A stretch of 63,535 bases of DNA, filler included, from Globobulimina sp. (GCA_003354225.1; 23 parts of 23 records of this genome joined end to end with filler, not necessarily neighbours in it), one strand, 5' to 3'. Positions 1 through 14,225 are shown, counted from the first letter of the whole stretch. Notes: generated by a model from the sequence alone, not told the origin. Numbers and translations are program-made.

Positions 1-2668
1 ATTGGCGATGCATACAAGAATTTGAAAGAACAAGTTAATGTGGAACAGGAACTGAAAAACCAATTAAGTCAACAAGATGTATGTAAGATATATGCAAAAA
101 AAATATAAATAATATAATAAACAAAATATGGCAACAATAAACCACCAAATCCATAACCTCCAACGTGTTGACAATGTATTGTGTGTTTAGGCGCTTTTAT
201 ACGTCCTCGCGGATTTGGATAATTTGTTGACGTTGGAAGGAAGGCAGTTTGTTCAACAACAACTTGGTTCTGGTCCGTCAAATCATTCTTTCCCTTCGCA
301 AATCTGCACAAGTAACAAAACAATAAATATTCAGTTGTCCATAACGATAATGAGTATGCTTCGGATGATTCCATTCCTTTAACACAAAATTATGGCAGAG
401 GTCCTCTTGTTTTTTTGTTTTTTAATTCTATGCTGTAAGTCAACAATAATAATAATAGTACCATGACCATCGCATTCCTAGCTCCTAAGCCTTGTTTTTT
501 GTAGATTTTATTTTTTTTTATTTGCACGCAACAATATAAAAAAAATTAAAAAAGGATTCCATCCGTGTTTTACAACAAATTGATCAATTTTTGCAATCTG
601 AGAACGAGGCCCAATCATTGCTTCGCCAACAACGCGAAATACAAAGAGTGCAATCGCAAAATGTAAACAGTCGCTCCCCGTCTTCTGTGCCATTGTTACA
701 AGTCACAGGTTTGTAATTTTGCAGACTTTCATAATTATAATAATTAAAAATAATAAATAGGACGAGATGAGAAAGGACTTATATGTGAGAGTTACTTTTA
801 ATTATTATTGTTGAGCATACACTGCAATTTCACTCAAAAAGCAATAGAAAATAGCTGTTTTTTTTGACTGAAATTGCTGTGGATACGCATTATATATATC
901 TGCTTTTATAAAAAAAAATATTAAAAATAACAACATATACAGATGCCTCCGATGTCGGTTTCAAATATTTCGCCGGCGTCGTGACCATTGGACAGCGCGT
1001 TTCTTTCGAAAGACAGATATTTTTAACGTCTCGCGGCAATTCCTTCATTCAATTCGATGAAAGCGGCCCCGACGACGATGAAAAGACACCGTTTGTTGTG
1101 TTTTATTTAGGAACTCAATTAAAGCGTTCTTTGCGGCGGTTGTGCCAATTTATGAACATCCAAATCTGCTACGAATCGGATGACAAACGGAGCCGCGAAG
1201 AGTTGTCCCAGGAAGCAAACAGTAAACGGAACGATTTCTATCGGATTCACTCTGCGACATCGAATCAGTTAGAAAGAGACATGAAAGCCATTTCGCGGCA
1301 GATCAAACCGTGGAAAATTGCTTTGTTGCAGGAAAAGGCCATTCGAATAACTTTGAATAAGTTCAGCATCAATCAGGGAAACAATTTCTTGCGCGCTGAG
1401 GGTTGGTGTCCCACCTCGTCGCAAGATATTATTCGGGAGATATTGGATGAAATCACCACCAATAAAGGTGTGGGCCGCCCGGTGGTTCAAGACGCCAATC
1501 CCCGCGGTTCACCCATTGTGCCCACACATTTTAGGACCAATTCCTTCACGGCTTCGTTTCAAGAAATTGTGGATACGTACGGCATCCCACGGTATAAAGA
1601 GTTCAATCCGGCGGTGCCGACCATTATGACCTTTCCTTTCCTGTTTGCGGTGATGTATGGCGATATATTCCATGGCTCGTTTATATTTTTGGGCGGTTTG
1701 ATGCTATGCATTGGGACAGCACTTCGGCAATGGGACAAATCTCGAAATGAAAATGTCAAATCGGCCGCAGATGCTCGGTATGTCATATTATTAATGGGCG
1801 CCTTTTCCATTTATTGCGGCTTGATTTATAACGATGTGATGAGTATTATGCTCAATGGCTTTAATAAAAGTCAATGGGGCTATGGCTATATCGGCGACAG
1901 TGATAATGGAGGTATGTTGAGGTGGATTTGCTTATTTATATTATTTATTTTTGCTGTTTGTTGAAAAAGGTGTGGTGTTATTTCAGGCGAAGGGAACTTA
2001 TGCTTTTGGCATCGACCCAGTATGGCACGCATTGGATAACCAGTTAACGTATGAAAACTCGCTAAAAATGAAGTTGTCAGTCATCATTGGCGTGACTCAG
2101 ATGACATATGGTTTATTTTTGAAACTATCCAACCACATCCAAGAAGGCGATATGATATCCGTATTTTTTGAGTTTGTGCCGCAATTTATTTTTCTGATGT
2201 CCTTTTTTGGATATATGATATTTTTGATTGTGTTCAAATGGTGCATTGATTGGCAAACATCTCCATTGCCGTCGACACCGTCTCTCATCACCGTATTAAT
2301 TAAAATGATTTTGGAGATTGGCAGCATCAACGACGAGACGCAAGTGTTTGAGAATAAATCTACGCAAGCTATGATACAGAAGATTGCCGTGGTTTTGATG
2401 GGGATTTCTGTGCCATGGATGTTGGTGTTTAAACCATTGTTATTGCGGAGTAAACATAATCGGGAGAGCGCCGCGCGAGAGTTTGTAATGGTGCATGATC
2501 ATGATATTGAACAAGGCGATGAGCAAAAGTATGAAGAAGAAAAGCATGGTGGTGGTGGTGGTGGGCATGGTCATGGCGATGAATTTGATTTTAGCGAAGT
2601 GGTTATCCATCAATTAATTCATACCATTGAATATGTGTTGGGCACCATATCAAACACTGCCTCTTATT
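1..2668 (+). CDS. ATP6V0A: V-type H+-ATPase V0 subunit a, partial, multi-exon
   Basis: Motifs FERQIFLTSRGN, AEGWCP, PTHFRTNSFTASFQEIVDTYGIPRYKEFNP, TFPFLFAVMYGDIFHG, GIDPVW, NSLKMKLSVIIG, HQLIHTIEYVLGTISNTASY; GT-AG introns upstream of 943 and near 1912-1969. Confidence 0.96.
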
Positions 2669-2768
2669 NNNNNNNNNNNNNNNNNNNNNNNNNNNNNNNN
2701 NNNNNNNNNNNNTTAATTAATTAANNNNNNNNNNNNNNNNNNNNNNNNNNNNNNNNNNNNNNNNNNNN
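2669..2768. other. Artificial contig linker N44-TTAATTAATTAA-N44 (first of 22; others start at 5437, 8205, 10973, 13740, 16507, 19274, 22041, 24808, 27575, 30342, 33109, 35876, 38643, 41410, 44176, 46942, 49708, 52474, 55240, 58006, 60771)
   Basis: Identical 100-nt spacer with a six-frame stop every ~2.77 kb; contig lengths fall from 2668 to 2665. Confidence 0.98.
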
Positions 2769-5176
2769 TAATTGTATTTCTTTTTTAACATAATTATTAT
2801 TTTGATAATCTCCCATCAACAAAGTATATTTGCCCGCAACAATTCTTTCTTGGCCCAATTTGTTTGTCAATGATATTGCTTCCGCAGTCACAGAGAATGT
2901 GACATTTACACTTTGTCCAATTTGAACATGCACCCTTTGAAAATCAAATAATTTTATTCTCGGTGATGTAGCATTCGCATTCTCCGATGTTACAAATCCT
3001 AATACAACACAGTCCGAATCCATATTCCCCGTATTTGTGACTTGCACAATATACTCAGTGGCACCATCACTATGAAAGAATTTATGACCGCGATACCAAT
3101 TTGCCAACTTAGCTGTATTTATCACCGAATTTGAATCCGAACCATTGAAATATTTGTACATCAATGCTGCGCAAATTGACCTATCATGGCCAAAAATAAA
3201 TATTCCAGCTATACTTGCTGCATTTTATCCTGGCGAATTGGGCGGCGATGCATTGATATCCATCTTGTATGGCGATTATAGCCCCGCTGGTAAACTGCCG
3301 TACACATTGTACAATATGTCGTGGATTTGCAGAATATATCTCCTGCAATAAATCAAATTGATAGCCTGGAAACGTCACATTCTCTCTGTCAAAATCCTCC
3401 GCCTCCAAAGCTTGACTATAATTCTGGTCCGGCATTGCATACTGCAATGGATATAAACCCATGAACATTATTACTGTATCAACTGATTTGGCCACATTCA
3501 CAGCATCAGCAAAACCTTTGTGTTTGTTTCATTTGCATGCGGATCCGGATGAATATATATATTATGAATTTAACCTGATTTAGCTTTGCATTCTACATCG
3601 CAGCCTAAGGAATATTTTATATTTATACCTTGCTGCATTCCAACCTGATACGGACTGTGCGAATCAACCAAGGTATTGTCGCCACGATAGGATGATAACA
3701 TATATTGCGTAATATTGAAATGAGGACCAATAAAAGCATATGTTTTTGAACGATCCTTGCTTAGCGGCAAAGTGTTATTATTCTTATTTTTCAGCAAAAC
3801 AATGCCTTGCTGTGCTGCATTCAGTGCTAATTCCCGATTGTAAGGAGAATCTACATACTCTTTACCATATTCCTTATATGCCACATTGGTGTCCATTTGA
3901 CCCAACATAAAGGATACTTTCATCCACCGTGAAATCGCTTGATTAACACTCGATATATTTATAACATTACTAACCACCGCATTTTCCATATATTGTGTAT
4001 AAAACGCATCGCCTAAATCAGCATCACAACCACTTTCAAGCGCAATTTTAGTCCGAATGAGCCGTAAATGCATCATCTACAATGGCATTGGCGTCGGATA
4101 TCACAAAGCCTGTAAAGTTCCATTCATTCCTCGCAATTTCATTCATGAATCCATGGTTACCGCAGGCTGGCACACCGTTGATCGCATTGTAGGAACACAT
4201 AATAGACTGAGCATTGGCCACTTGTATAGCACTGCGCCACGCAGGGAAATAATATTCAACCTGATCCTGAGCAGAAACAATGGCGTTGAAAGCGCCTCGA
4301 CACGGAATACCATAGCGACATCCTTCGAGATTGTAGTCTGCAAAATGTTTGACAGTGTTGCTCATTTTCAAGTATTTCCCCTTTGCTTCTCCCGGAGCTA
4401 TGCCATATTGTATGCCGGTTATATATTGCACCGCGTACTGAGAGGTTAGATATGGATCTTCCGAAGGAACTATACAAATAAATACATGACAAAGTGCAGT
4501 CTGCTCCAAAGTAAAAACGAAATATACCTTCCTGTCCCCGGCCCCATCGCGGATGAAGGAATAAGTTAATATCAGGACTGAAACAGTACAATCCGCCAAT
4601 GTTTTGGTTATCCAATGCTCGGCCTTCGTCACTGATGGCAATGCCAATTTTGTTCCACAGCGTGCGATTGAACGAAGCTCCTAAATTCAAGCCATTTGGG
4701 AACGATGTCGGACAGCCTGTGTTGCCATTGTATGCAGCACCGCATCCGCTGTATATACCATGTAAACATTCCAACACTTTATTTTTCGGAATGCCCAAGC
4801 GGGGAACACCACTGTTTGTCTCGGCTAAGTTGTCTATTTTCTCATAGATGGTCATCCTATTTATCAAATCAGCCACTCTGACATCGATATCTAATGCTTG
4901 GTTGCAATATGGATATGTATTGAAGGGAGCGTCTGAACAGTTTTTCAATGGGTAATAGGCTGCAGTTACGCATAGACTTTGATTGTTTGCTGTTATATAT
5001 CCTGTATTGGTGTCATAGTAGAATTCTTGTAATATGTTGTTGTCGTAGCCATAGTCACAGGGCAAGGTTTGAATTGGTGCATAAGCTCCAATACCAATGG
5101 TTTGTAAACATAGCCCATTTACTTTGATATTGACGGATGATTTGCCGGTAACTGGGGAGAAAGAAAATTGTTCCAT
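2769..5176 (-). CDS. GH3 beta-xylosidase/glucosidase with N-terminal ricin-B-like region and C-terminal FN3-like domain; multi-exon; internal segment 3155-3315 inverted
   Basis: TSFPNGLNLGASFN, PRWGRGQE..SEDPYL, KHFADY, IMCSYNAINGVPAC, GFVISD, GIVLLKN, EAEDFDR, VTNTG, LFDFQRV. Confidence 0.93.
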
Positions 5177-6451
5177 CCAATTTGAATCGCATTGGTTTGT
5201 GATTACTGGTTTTTACTACATTATGGCCACCAAATAAGTCATTTTTTTGCTTTGTGAACCGGAAAAGCGAATATTACGCGGTAATAATAGCACTTCGAGA
5301 GAGGTCGCATAATATCACATTGTTTGAGTGGGATCAGTCGGATCTATTAATTTAATTCAACCAATCGCGGCAATCGGACCGGACCATGTTTGTGGGCTGT
5401 CATGATAAAGATGAGAAAAACTACTGCTGAACTCAANNNNNNNNNNNNNNNNNNNNNNNNNNNNNNNNNNNNNNNNNNNNTTAATTAATTAANNNNNNNN
5501 NNNNNNNNNNNNNNNNNNNNNNNNNNNNNNNNNNNNAGAAGAATCTGGCAATAAATGATCCGATTTATTTGAATATGTTAATTGATGAATAACCAGATTA
5601 CGATTTCAATACTTTCAGACTTATGAAGCTATCGCTTGAAAGGGGGTAGTGTGGAGAATCGCTAATACCTTTATGACTATCCCCTTAAGCAGACTCTCAT
5701 TGTAACCCTTAATTAATGTTTAAACAAGTTTTTCGAGTTCTTTAGTCCTAACTAACTTTAAATAGAGGGAACCGTTTCCGTTCTAGCAAAACCAGCACAG
5801 ATAGCAACAAAAACTGGCCGGTTATCCACTGACTTTAGCAATGGCAACCTCTGAATAGATCAAATGATAACATCGCAACAAACATCCTGGAGGGGATCTA
5901 ATCTGCGTATTCTGAAATACGGCTTAGAAAATATCCCATAAGTGTAGATTTCCAGGAAATAAACACTATAAGAAGTAATTAGCATCCATGATGTCGTCAG
6001 ACAGTCAGACATGCAGAAAAAAGCCGTAAAACTGAAAGTAATCCACAGCCATTACCCAATGGATACTTATCGTGCGTTAAAACTGCAGTAAACGCCCGGA
6101 ATTTTGCATCAAAGCTAAATGCTCAAAATTATGATTTAAATAAAGATGTCGATTTCCCACCACATCCAATGCCTGGCTGGGCGTGGTATAATCACAGCAG
6201 ATATTATAATGGTGTTGGTCGATATGACCCTGTTCTTCCAGACCCATTTCGCTTCCTCGCAGTCAAAGTCATTCACATAATGTAACTGTGATGGATATGA
6301 TTATAAAGATGCAGCTGTGATTACGAACAAAGAATTTTAATTAATATATTTATAGCAAATTATATTTTTAGAGTCTATTTATAAATAATTAAATATCACA
6401 TCGCAACCATTTAATTTTGACGTTTAAGCTTAAATTAAATAAAATTGAAAA

Positions 6452-7565
6452 AATGGCTGACAATGAAGCACGATCTGATGTCTCTGCAGAATTAGATTAT
6501 GAATTAGAAAGATACAGCGAGGAGACAACATTAATAAAACATGTTGATGTCGAGTCAATATCCTGTGGAAGTGATAAAAAGCAGCGTAGTTCATCGGTAT
6601 CATTATCGGATATGATGATGTCAAAATACATAAAAACCAAACATCCATGCAAATGTGGTGCAAAATTGATATTTGTCAATGATAATAAATTATACGATGG
6701 TGATTTAGCATGTTGTGATGTTTGTAATCAAGAGATCGCTAAAAATACATCATTTTTTCATTGTGAACAAAATAATTCCTCACAACATCCACAAGGTTTT
6801 GATCTATGTACAAAGTGTGTAGTTCGTCGTCGACGGAAATCAAATCAGAGTTTGTATGTACAGCAAAAACGAAAGCAAATCTTATTTGATCCAACATCAA
6901 ATATCAGAGAAAAAAGAAAAAGAAGCAAACAGCAGAAAAGTAGACATAAAAGTAAATGTAAGACATTACACAAAGAGAAAAAATTATTATTAAAAGAGAA
7001 TAATAAGCAAACCGGGAAAATAAAATATTTACAACAGCAGTTACAATTAATTACAAAAGATAAACTTGAAAATGATACCACATTAAAATTTGTTAAGAAT
7101 CAAGTAAATGAATTGGTGACAAAGAATGAAAAAGTTAATAAAGCATTGAATAAACAACAAAAACAAAATGAGAGATTAAAGCCCGATGGTCAATGGAGAT
7201 TATTATGCAAATTAGAAGCAAAATTTAAATCTTTCAAAAAAGCGCAAGTCCAAACAAATAAAAGAGTGGAAAGCAGATGTGACCAAATTCAAAAAATGGA
7301 GAATATTTTAAGTAATTTATATCAAGTATTTAGCGATAAATTTGAAAAGCAACAATTGGAAATCAACCAATTAAAAAAAATGCATGCAAGCATTAAAACG
7401 AATGACAAGAAACATGGACAAGAAGAAGCTAAAAAACCAGCAAATATGGACATTGAGAAAGAATTTGAAGACATTGAGAAAGAATTTGACTTACTTGAGA
7501 AAAAAACGTTGGATTCGCAAAACAATGCAGCTTGCATCGACTTGGATGACTTAAACAAAACGTAA
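6452..7565 (+). CDS. Hypothetical protein with ZZ-like Cys/His zinc finger and C-terminal coiled coil
   Basis: CKCG..CCDVC..FFHC..HPQGFDLCTKC then a K/Q/E-rich heptad region. Confidence 0.6.
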
Positions 7566-7632
7566 TATGCAACTAAAACTCATACAAACTCATTGTACAC
7601 TATGACTATTGACTAAAATGACAGCCATTTAT

Positions 7633-8204
7633 TTAATTATTTTCTGTTTGTTTGAGTAATATCCCCAATCCAGAATTATCCCTTACAGTTTTTTCAACAT
7701 ATCGCTTGGTGCATTTTTTACAAAACAATATACACCGATTATCAAATGGATAACATAAACAATAATACCACTTTATCGCAAAATCAAATGATAAAAAAAT
7801 ACAAATTGAAGAAAGCACGCTGTCCACCGCCCAGAACAACAACCAAAACACCGATAAACTCCAGATAGTGTCGTTTGTGTAGAAAACAAGAACAAATAAA
7901 ATCATCAATGTCTGTGAGGACAACACGCTGATTATGCTTAAAATTGTCATACGCGACATTATACGCAATAACTTTATTTGACGGTTATTCAACGACAAAT
8001 CGAAATTATTTTGATTCAGAGTATGTAGATACTTTTCATTATTTTTTATTGTATGTACATAAATATCAAAATTCAATTGAAATAATTTGGATACAAACAG
8101 GTATATTAACGCAATGGATAGAAATGAATCAATTAAAAGACTGATTGCATAATCTGCGAGAACTAATTGATACGTAATTTTCCTGTCATGGTTGAACAAA
8201 ATAC
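7633..8204 (-). CDS. Multi-pass (GPCR-like) membrane protein, C-terminal part
   Basis: Three hydrophobic helices then a Cys-rich tail (WYYCLC..C..C); truncated by the linker. Confidence 0.55.
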
Positions 8205-8304
8205 NNNNNNNNNNNNNNNNNNNNNNNNNNNNNNNNNNNNNNNNNNNNTTAATTAATTAANNNNNNNNNNNNNNNNNNNNNNNNNNNNNNNNNNNNNNNN
8301 NNNN

Positions 8305-9199
8305 GCACTGTTCTCTCACCTTTACCATTTGTTAATTGTTCGAATTCGATAAGCATCTCAGCATCGTACTTCTCTTTCTCAGCCATTAATGTTTTATTCT
8401 CAATCTTCAATTGTTGAATATATGCGGTTTGTTGGTCCATTGTCTGCAACAATTCAACGTTTTTATCAATGCTAACTTCCATGTCTGATCTACAATTTTT
8501 AACATCATTTTTCAGCGACAAATATGCTTTCTGTTGTTTGTCTAAATTATTCGACAACATTTCAGCTGAATTCACTTTATCCTCCAACTCCATTCGTAAA
8601 TTTTCAATTGTTGCCTCAAGCTCCACTCTGTTTTTTAGCTCCTCTTCCAACATAGCTTCCGATTCGTTTTTCTGTTTTCGTAATGTTGCTAGAGATTGTT
8701 CCATAAAATTAGGTGAAGATTCGGATCGAAAATCGGAACATTTTCTGGATTGGTTGGGTTTAAATTGATTTAATTCATCGATTAGCACAGTATTCTCCAG
8801 TTGGAATTTAGTTATTTGCGATTTATAAATGTCGATATCTTCCAGTAATTGGGTGTTGTTCTCGTGCTCATCTTTGTAAACATTTAATTCAGTTTCAATT
8901 GTTGTTGTATAATGTACCAAGTCCGAATGTTTAGCTTTTAATACTTGTAATGCTTTAAATAACTCATGATTTTCATTTGCTAAAAGTGTGAATTCTTCAG
9001 CAGCAACAACTGCCATTGTATCGTCTGTTTTACCATTTGTCTGATCGTGTGGTTTGTTCTCGATTTGGACATCGAGGAGGGCGATTAATGTGGGTGCTTT
9101 GGTCAGATATTTGAGTGGTACTGACTGAGCAACAGACTCTCTACGTCTGTGTTGATTCTGTTTGGACTGTTTGGTGTTTGGAGCTGTAGTATTAAACAT
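8305..9199 (-). CDS. Coiled-coil hypothetical protein, 3' truncated
   Basis: Long open frame rich in E/K/L/N. Confidence 0.55.
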
Positions 9200-9804
9200 G
9201 TTTTCAATAGCTTCAGCTGAAGATGACTATTGAAAGATAACCAGAACAAATGTTAAATGAAAATGTTTTTTAAAGTTAGTTTAGAAATACAAATACAAAT
9301 GTTAGTTAACCACCCCCTCCATGTTTGGATAAATTCAATTGTGAAAATGATTTCTAACAATTAAACATTAAACTGTTTTGCTAAGGTGAACCTCCAGTGA
9401 ACCAAAATTGATTCACAGGACCAGATGGTTCCAGCGCGACAGGACATCACCTGTTACATCCGACGTGCAAAGCAGAAAAACATTTAATTGAAGAAAAACA
9501 CTTAATTGCAGAAAAACATTTAATTAATGTATTTTTAGTATAAAATTACCGACTTATGAAATTATGAACAAGCTACTGGATGAAGTCAGCTGCTGAATAT
9601 ATTTGATAATTCGAAGGTAGTTTTTTATTTTTTTTATTCAGAAAAATTATTTTTTTTATTCAAAGGTGTAGGTCTCATGTACCTCTCATGTACTTCATGT
9701 ACTTGTAAGAAACTTTCACACTAATATCTATGTTGTTCACCAAACATAGAAAACACCAAAGTACAATAATAAAGTTTAATATGTATAATATTTGCAAAAT
9801 ATTT

Positions 9805-10900
9805 TTAAGGTTCAAAATCTGCGCAAAATTCAACAATTGATTCCCTTCTTTGTGGCTTATGTGTCAAATTAACAAACGATGGTAATTTTTCATACATTTC
9901 CGACCATATCACATTTTTATTGCCAGTATCTCCTTGATTTCCATTTATAGCAATATCTACAATACGGCCCTCAATCATTGGTTCAATTTGCAATGCTTTG
10001 GGATTAATACTCGTTAATTTTAATGATTCATTAACCGTAGAAACTGCCCAAAAGAAATTCCTTAATAATACAGATAATGGCAAACCAGCATCGTCATCAA
10101 CAATAATTTTATTATTCGTATCCCTCAAACATTCAAAACCATCGCCACCATTCATCGTATATTGTCTTGATGCAATTGTATAATATTTATTTTCATCAAT
10201 ATCAGTAAATCGTAACTCTTTATTACATTTTTCTTCATCGTATACAATGTCATTGTATTTATTCACTTTGATATTAATTAATCTTTGCGTTGCTTCTTTT
10301 AATGAGTCATAAATATATTTCAATCCAGAAACTTGAGCAAATCTTCCGTCTAGTTTTGGTAAATTAAGAATGCTATGTTTTACTACATTGATTATGTTCT
10401 TCCCGCTAACTTTTTTAACTATAATCAGATCTTGAAATGGTACTAAATCTAATATGTCTTTGTATGAAATAATACCTTTTTTATGGATCTTATCAGAACG
10501 TATACCGCCACCACACAATAATACAACATCACACTTATATGCATTACGTACAATATCACATATTAAATTACATGCAGCCGATTCATATTTACGTATAATC
10601 GCAAACCGTGTATCTAAATTGCAATTAATTGAACCGATTGGTTGACATATTTCCGCTAAAAAGTATTACTTAATTTATTAACAATACTTAACATTTCAAC
10701 ATCTGCCTCAATTTTATCATTGATATTATAATGATATGTTTCATAATTATAATTCAAACCACTTAAATTTGTATTTACCACATTGTTTAATAAAATCTTT
10801 ATAAATTATACCGTTTTTTGGCTTTGTCGGTAGAGTATCGCACCAATTTTCAGCTATGCCAATAATTTCGATATTGAATATGCCAAAGTTGTTTTTTGCA
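9805..10900 (-). CDS. 5'-nucleotidase family protein (C-terminal domain), upstream part frameshifted or fragmented
   Basis: GGGIRSD, DILDLVPF, GRFAQVSGL, GGDGFECL; upstream LDTRF..IRKYESAAC is in another frame, with a shift near 10565. Confidence 0.85.
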
Positions 10901-11072
10901 TTTTCCTAATGGCTCTAAATTAGATTCGTCGTATTTTCTTTCATTTGCGTCTTGTTTTAATGTGAATATATTNNNNNNNNNNNNNNNNNNNNNNNNNNNN
11001 NNNNNNNNNNNNNNNNTTAATTAATTAANNNNNNNNNNNNNNNNNNNNNNNNNNNNNNNNNNNNNNNNNNNN

Positions 11073-11274
11073 CCTGTTCATTATGATTGCAGCCTAGTTC
11101 TACCGCATCGCAACAAACTGAACCACAATCATCGCATAGATATGCTCGTATTCTATTCTCATCTTTGAATAATTTACTACGCCATCCTTTATTATTTACC
11201 TTTATCAATGAAAGTACTTCATTCATGTGACTAGAATTCGAAACAGGAACGTTAAAATGCGACATGGTCACCAC
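11073..11274 (-). CDS. N-terminus of a RING/TRAF-type zinc finger protein, truncated
   Basis: YLCDDCGSVCCDAVELGCNH resembles a RING start. Confidence 0.45.
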
Positions 11275-11457
11275 TCAAAAACATTAAAAGCATGCATGCA
11301 GTCATGGAGTCGAAAACATTTAAAGCATAAAGTAAATTGATTATTGAATATACAACGCAAATATAAGCAAAAAAAATACATAATACAAATAAAGGCAATT
11401 AATTGCAACTTTAATAAAACTGTTTGCATCATCTTTTATTATACATTTTAACAAATT

Positions 11458-12466
11458 TTATTCAATTTGAGTGTCTTCGATTGCTAAATGTTGCTCTAAC
11501 TCATCACGCCCCGAAATTCCACCCATTCCCAATGACTCCTTTCCATTAAAAATATTAAACCACACTCCAGCAATAATACCACCTTTTTAATTAAATTGCA
11601 TATCAAATATACACTGTGCAGTAAATACAATTAAATCTGTACATACCTAAAAAAGTGCCAATCCAATAAACCCATAAATCAGTGATGCCATTTCCAGTCT
11701 GTCCACTAATGATCGCTGGAATAACCGCACCTAAATAAACCGCAGTATTTAAACAACATCCACTTATTGGCGCAATACATGCAATCGCCACTGACAGAGT
11801 CAAACCAATGCTTAATCCATAAAATTGATTCCCTGATTGCCGTTTATCAGTGGCAGTATAACACACTGTTCCCGCCAACAATGAGGTAAACAAAACCTCT
11901 CCGAAAAATGCCTGAAACACTAGATTTACATCATCATATTTGTCTGCATCTTGCCATACTGTGTGATATATTGCTGCTGCTTTGTCGCCACCTGTGTAAT
12001 CACACATTGTTACAGGCGCATAATTGTAAAAACGTATTGTATACAATTAATATATTATTCTACCTATATACCAAGCCATCAATCCTCCGAATATACCCCC
12101 AAGATATTGTGATACAAAATACATTAAAACCATTCCACGTTCAGACAATGGGAAATCAGGGATGTTTCGTATAATGAGAGCCATTGTGACCGATGGATTT
12201 AAATGGGCACCGGAGATGTAACCAAAATTATAAATTAATAATGCTAAACCTAAACCAATTGTTAATGAAGTTGTATAATCGTCATATGCCACTGCTAATT
12301 TTATAATCATTGTTAAAAACATTGTGCCGGTGAATTCCGCTGCATATTTCGCTCGATTCTGTAAAGTGGTTCGTTTTTTTTTATATTTAGTTTATGTTTG
12401 CATATAAATTAATTTGTGCAACAACAAATGTTTCCACCCAACTGCACGATTGAATGTAGTGCCCAT
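11458..12466 (-). CDS. Aquaporin/MIP family protein, about 4 exons
   Basis: AEFTGT, ISGAHLNPSVT, QYLGGIFG, FFGEVLFT, GLSIG, ISGCCLNTA, LWVYWIG; GT-AG introns. Confidence 0.92.
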
Positions 12467-12580
12467 TTTGGAATGATTGGCTTACTCCGTTGATTATAGA
12501 GTTTGGTGTTTGCAAAGAGGATGCTGTCAGTAATGAAATGTTGTCAGTAAAAAACTACAAGTTTTAATTATTAATTTTAA

Positions 12581-13739
12581 TTATGTATGTGTTCTATAAT
12601 AATATCTATACAATCCAACAAATAATTGTGAAAAAGTATAATTTTGTTTAACATAACTTCCCAAACCATGTTCCACACAAAATTCTTCATAAACCGGTTT
12701 TATATCTTTAACCAGTGACAAATCTAACGTAGGGAATAAATGATGAATCCTATGATCATTAAACATTTCATACAAAAACAACGATAAAATCAATGGATAA
12801 TTTACATTGTAATCAACAGTGGCTAACAATGTATGATGTAAGAAATCCTTTGTTCCATTTTTATCACCCTCAGTCCAACAATAATTGCTCCTATGCACCG
12901 GAGTCGATACTTGAAGCATTATATAGCCCACCACACCATGCATAACATACCAATACCAAACTAATAACAAATAACTATCACCATTCCTATTCACAGCGAT
13001 CAAAATAGCCAACTCAACCAATGGCACAATCCGATTTACTCCGACATAGCCCTTCAATGTATTGAGTAAATAATTCGCTCCTGGCATAAAAAAATGGAAT
13101 AAATGCACATAAATATAAATAAACGGATAATTTGCAGGAGAATTGGTCATGCAATAAATAATTGGCTCAATTCCACTGATTTCAAAGTCATCACTCAAAT
13201 TAATATCTAAATGGTGCGATATTGCATGGCTTAAACGCCAATCTTCAAAGGAAAACATGGTAAAATTAAAAAAATATCTCCAATACGTTTCCATATTCAT
13301 AAAACCTTTATGTTCTGCCTGATGAAAATAATTATGACCAATACCAATAAATGGATGTAAAAAACAGCCAGAAATGACTGCTGTGAACACGTTGGGATAT
13401 ATACACAAAATATAAAAGGAAAAACACCATATCACAAATGCTAAAAATGATAATAAATGCAAAGACCATCGATGTTGGTTATATTTAGCACCATGTTTAT
13501 TGACAAGAAAATGGTGAATTTTGCTTTGTAATTTAAAATAATTGCAATCTTTGTTCCATTTGAAAGTATGTAAATCATCAACGACCTCTGCAGGTTTTGC
13601 TAAATCTTTAACGTAATATGTCGACAATACACTTTGTACTTTTTTTTGATCCATATGATGCGTATAAAAATATCCCGTTATATCCATTCCTTTCGTATGT
13701 TTGAGCCATGGTTCGCCGCCGGGATGTTGCGAAAGAAAT
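12581..13739 (-). CDS. Cytochrome b5-fused fatty acid desaturase-like protein (cytochrome b5-related), 5' truncated
   Basis: HPGG heme motif near 13720, His boxes GHNYFH, HAISHH, DHRIHHLFP. Confidence 0.9.
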
Positions 13740-14225
13740 NNNNNNNNNNNNNNNNNNNNNNNNNNNNNNNNNNNNNNNNNNNNTTAATTAATTAANNNNN
13801 NNNNNNNNNNNNNNNNNNNNNNNNNNNNNNNNNNNNNNNCCAAAATAGAAATTAATTAAATCGGGTATTTCAAATCATGCTTCCAAAAGATAACCGATCC
13901 CCTGCGATAAGGTTTAGTTATACCTTATATACAGAAACGATTTGGAAACGGTATACAATTAATACAAAGGGTTAGGTTAACGTTTGGTCGGCCAATGCAA
14001 GAAAAAAAAATACTTGATTCAATTTAACTAAAATCACTAACTATTAAAAAAAATAACAAAAACAAAATATATAAAAAAAGAAGTATGAAAAAATGTAAAA
14101 ATGTAACTGAATTATAAAATTTGTAATAAAAATTATTTAATACAAAATAAATCAAAAAAACAATAACACAAAAAAGTCCATAGAAAAAAAAAATAATTAA
14201 AAATAACAATGGCATTTTATAAATT

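Noticed and set aside
5537-6285. Compositionally distinct stretch and a start-less ~97-codon frame at about 5992-6285
   Set aside because: No recognisable motif or RNA gene
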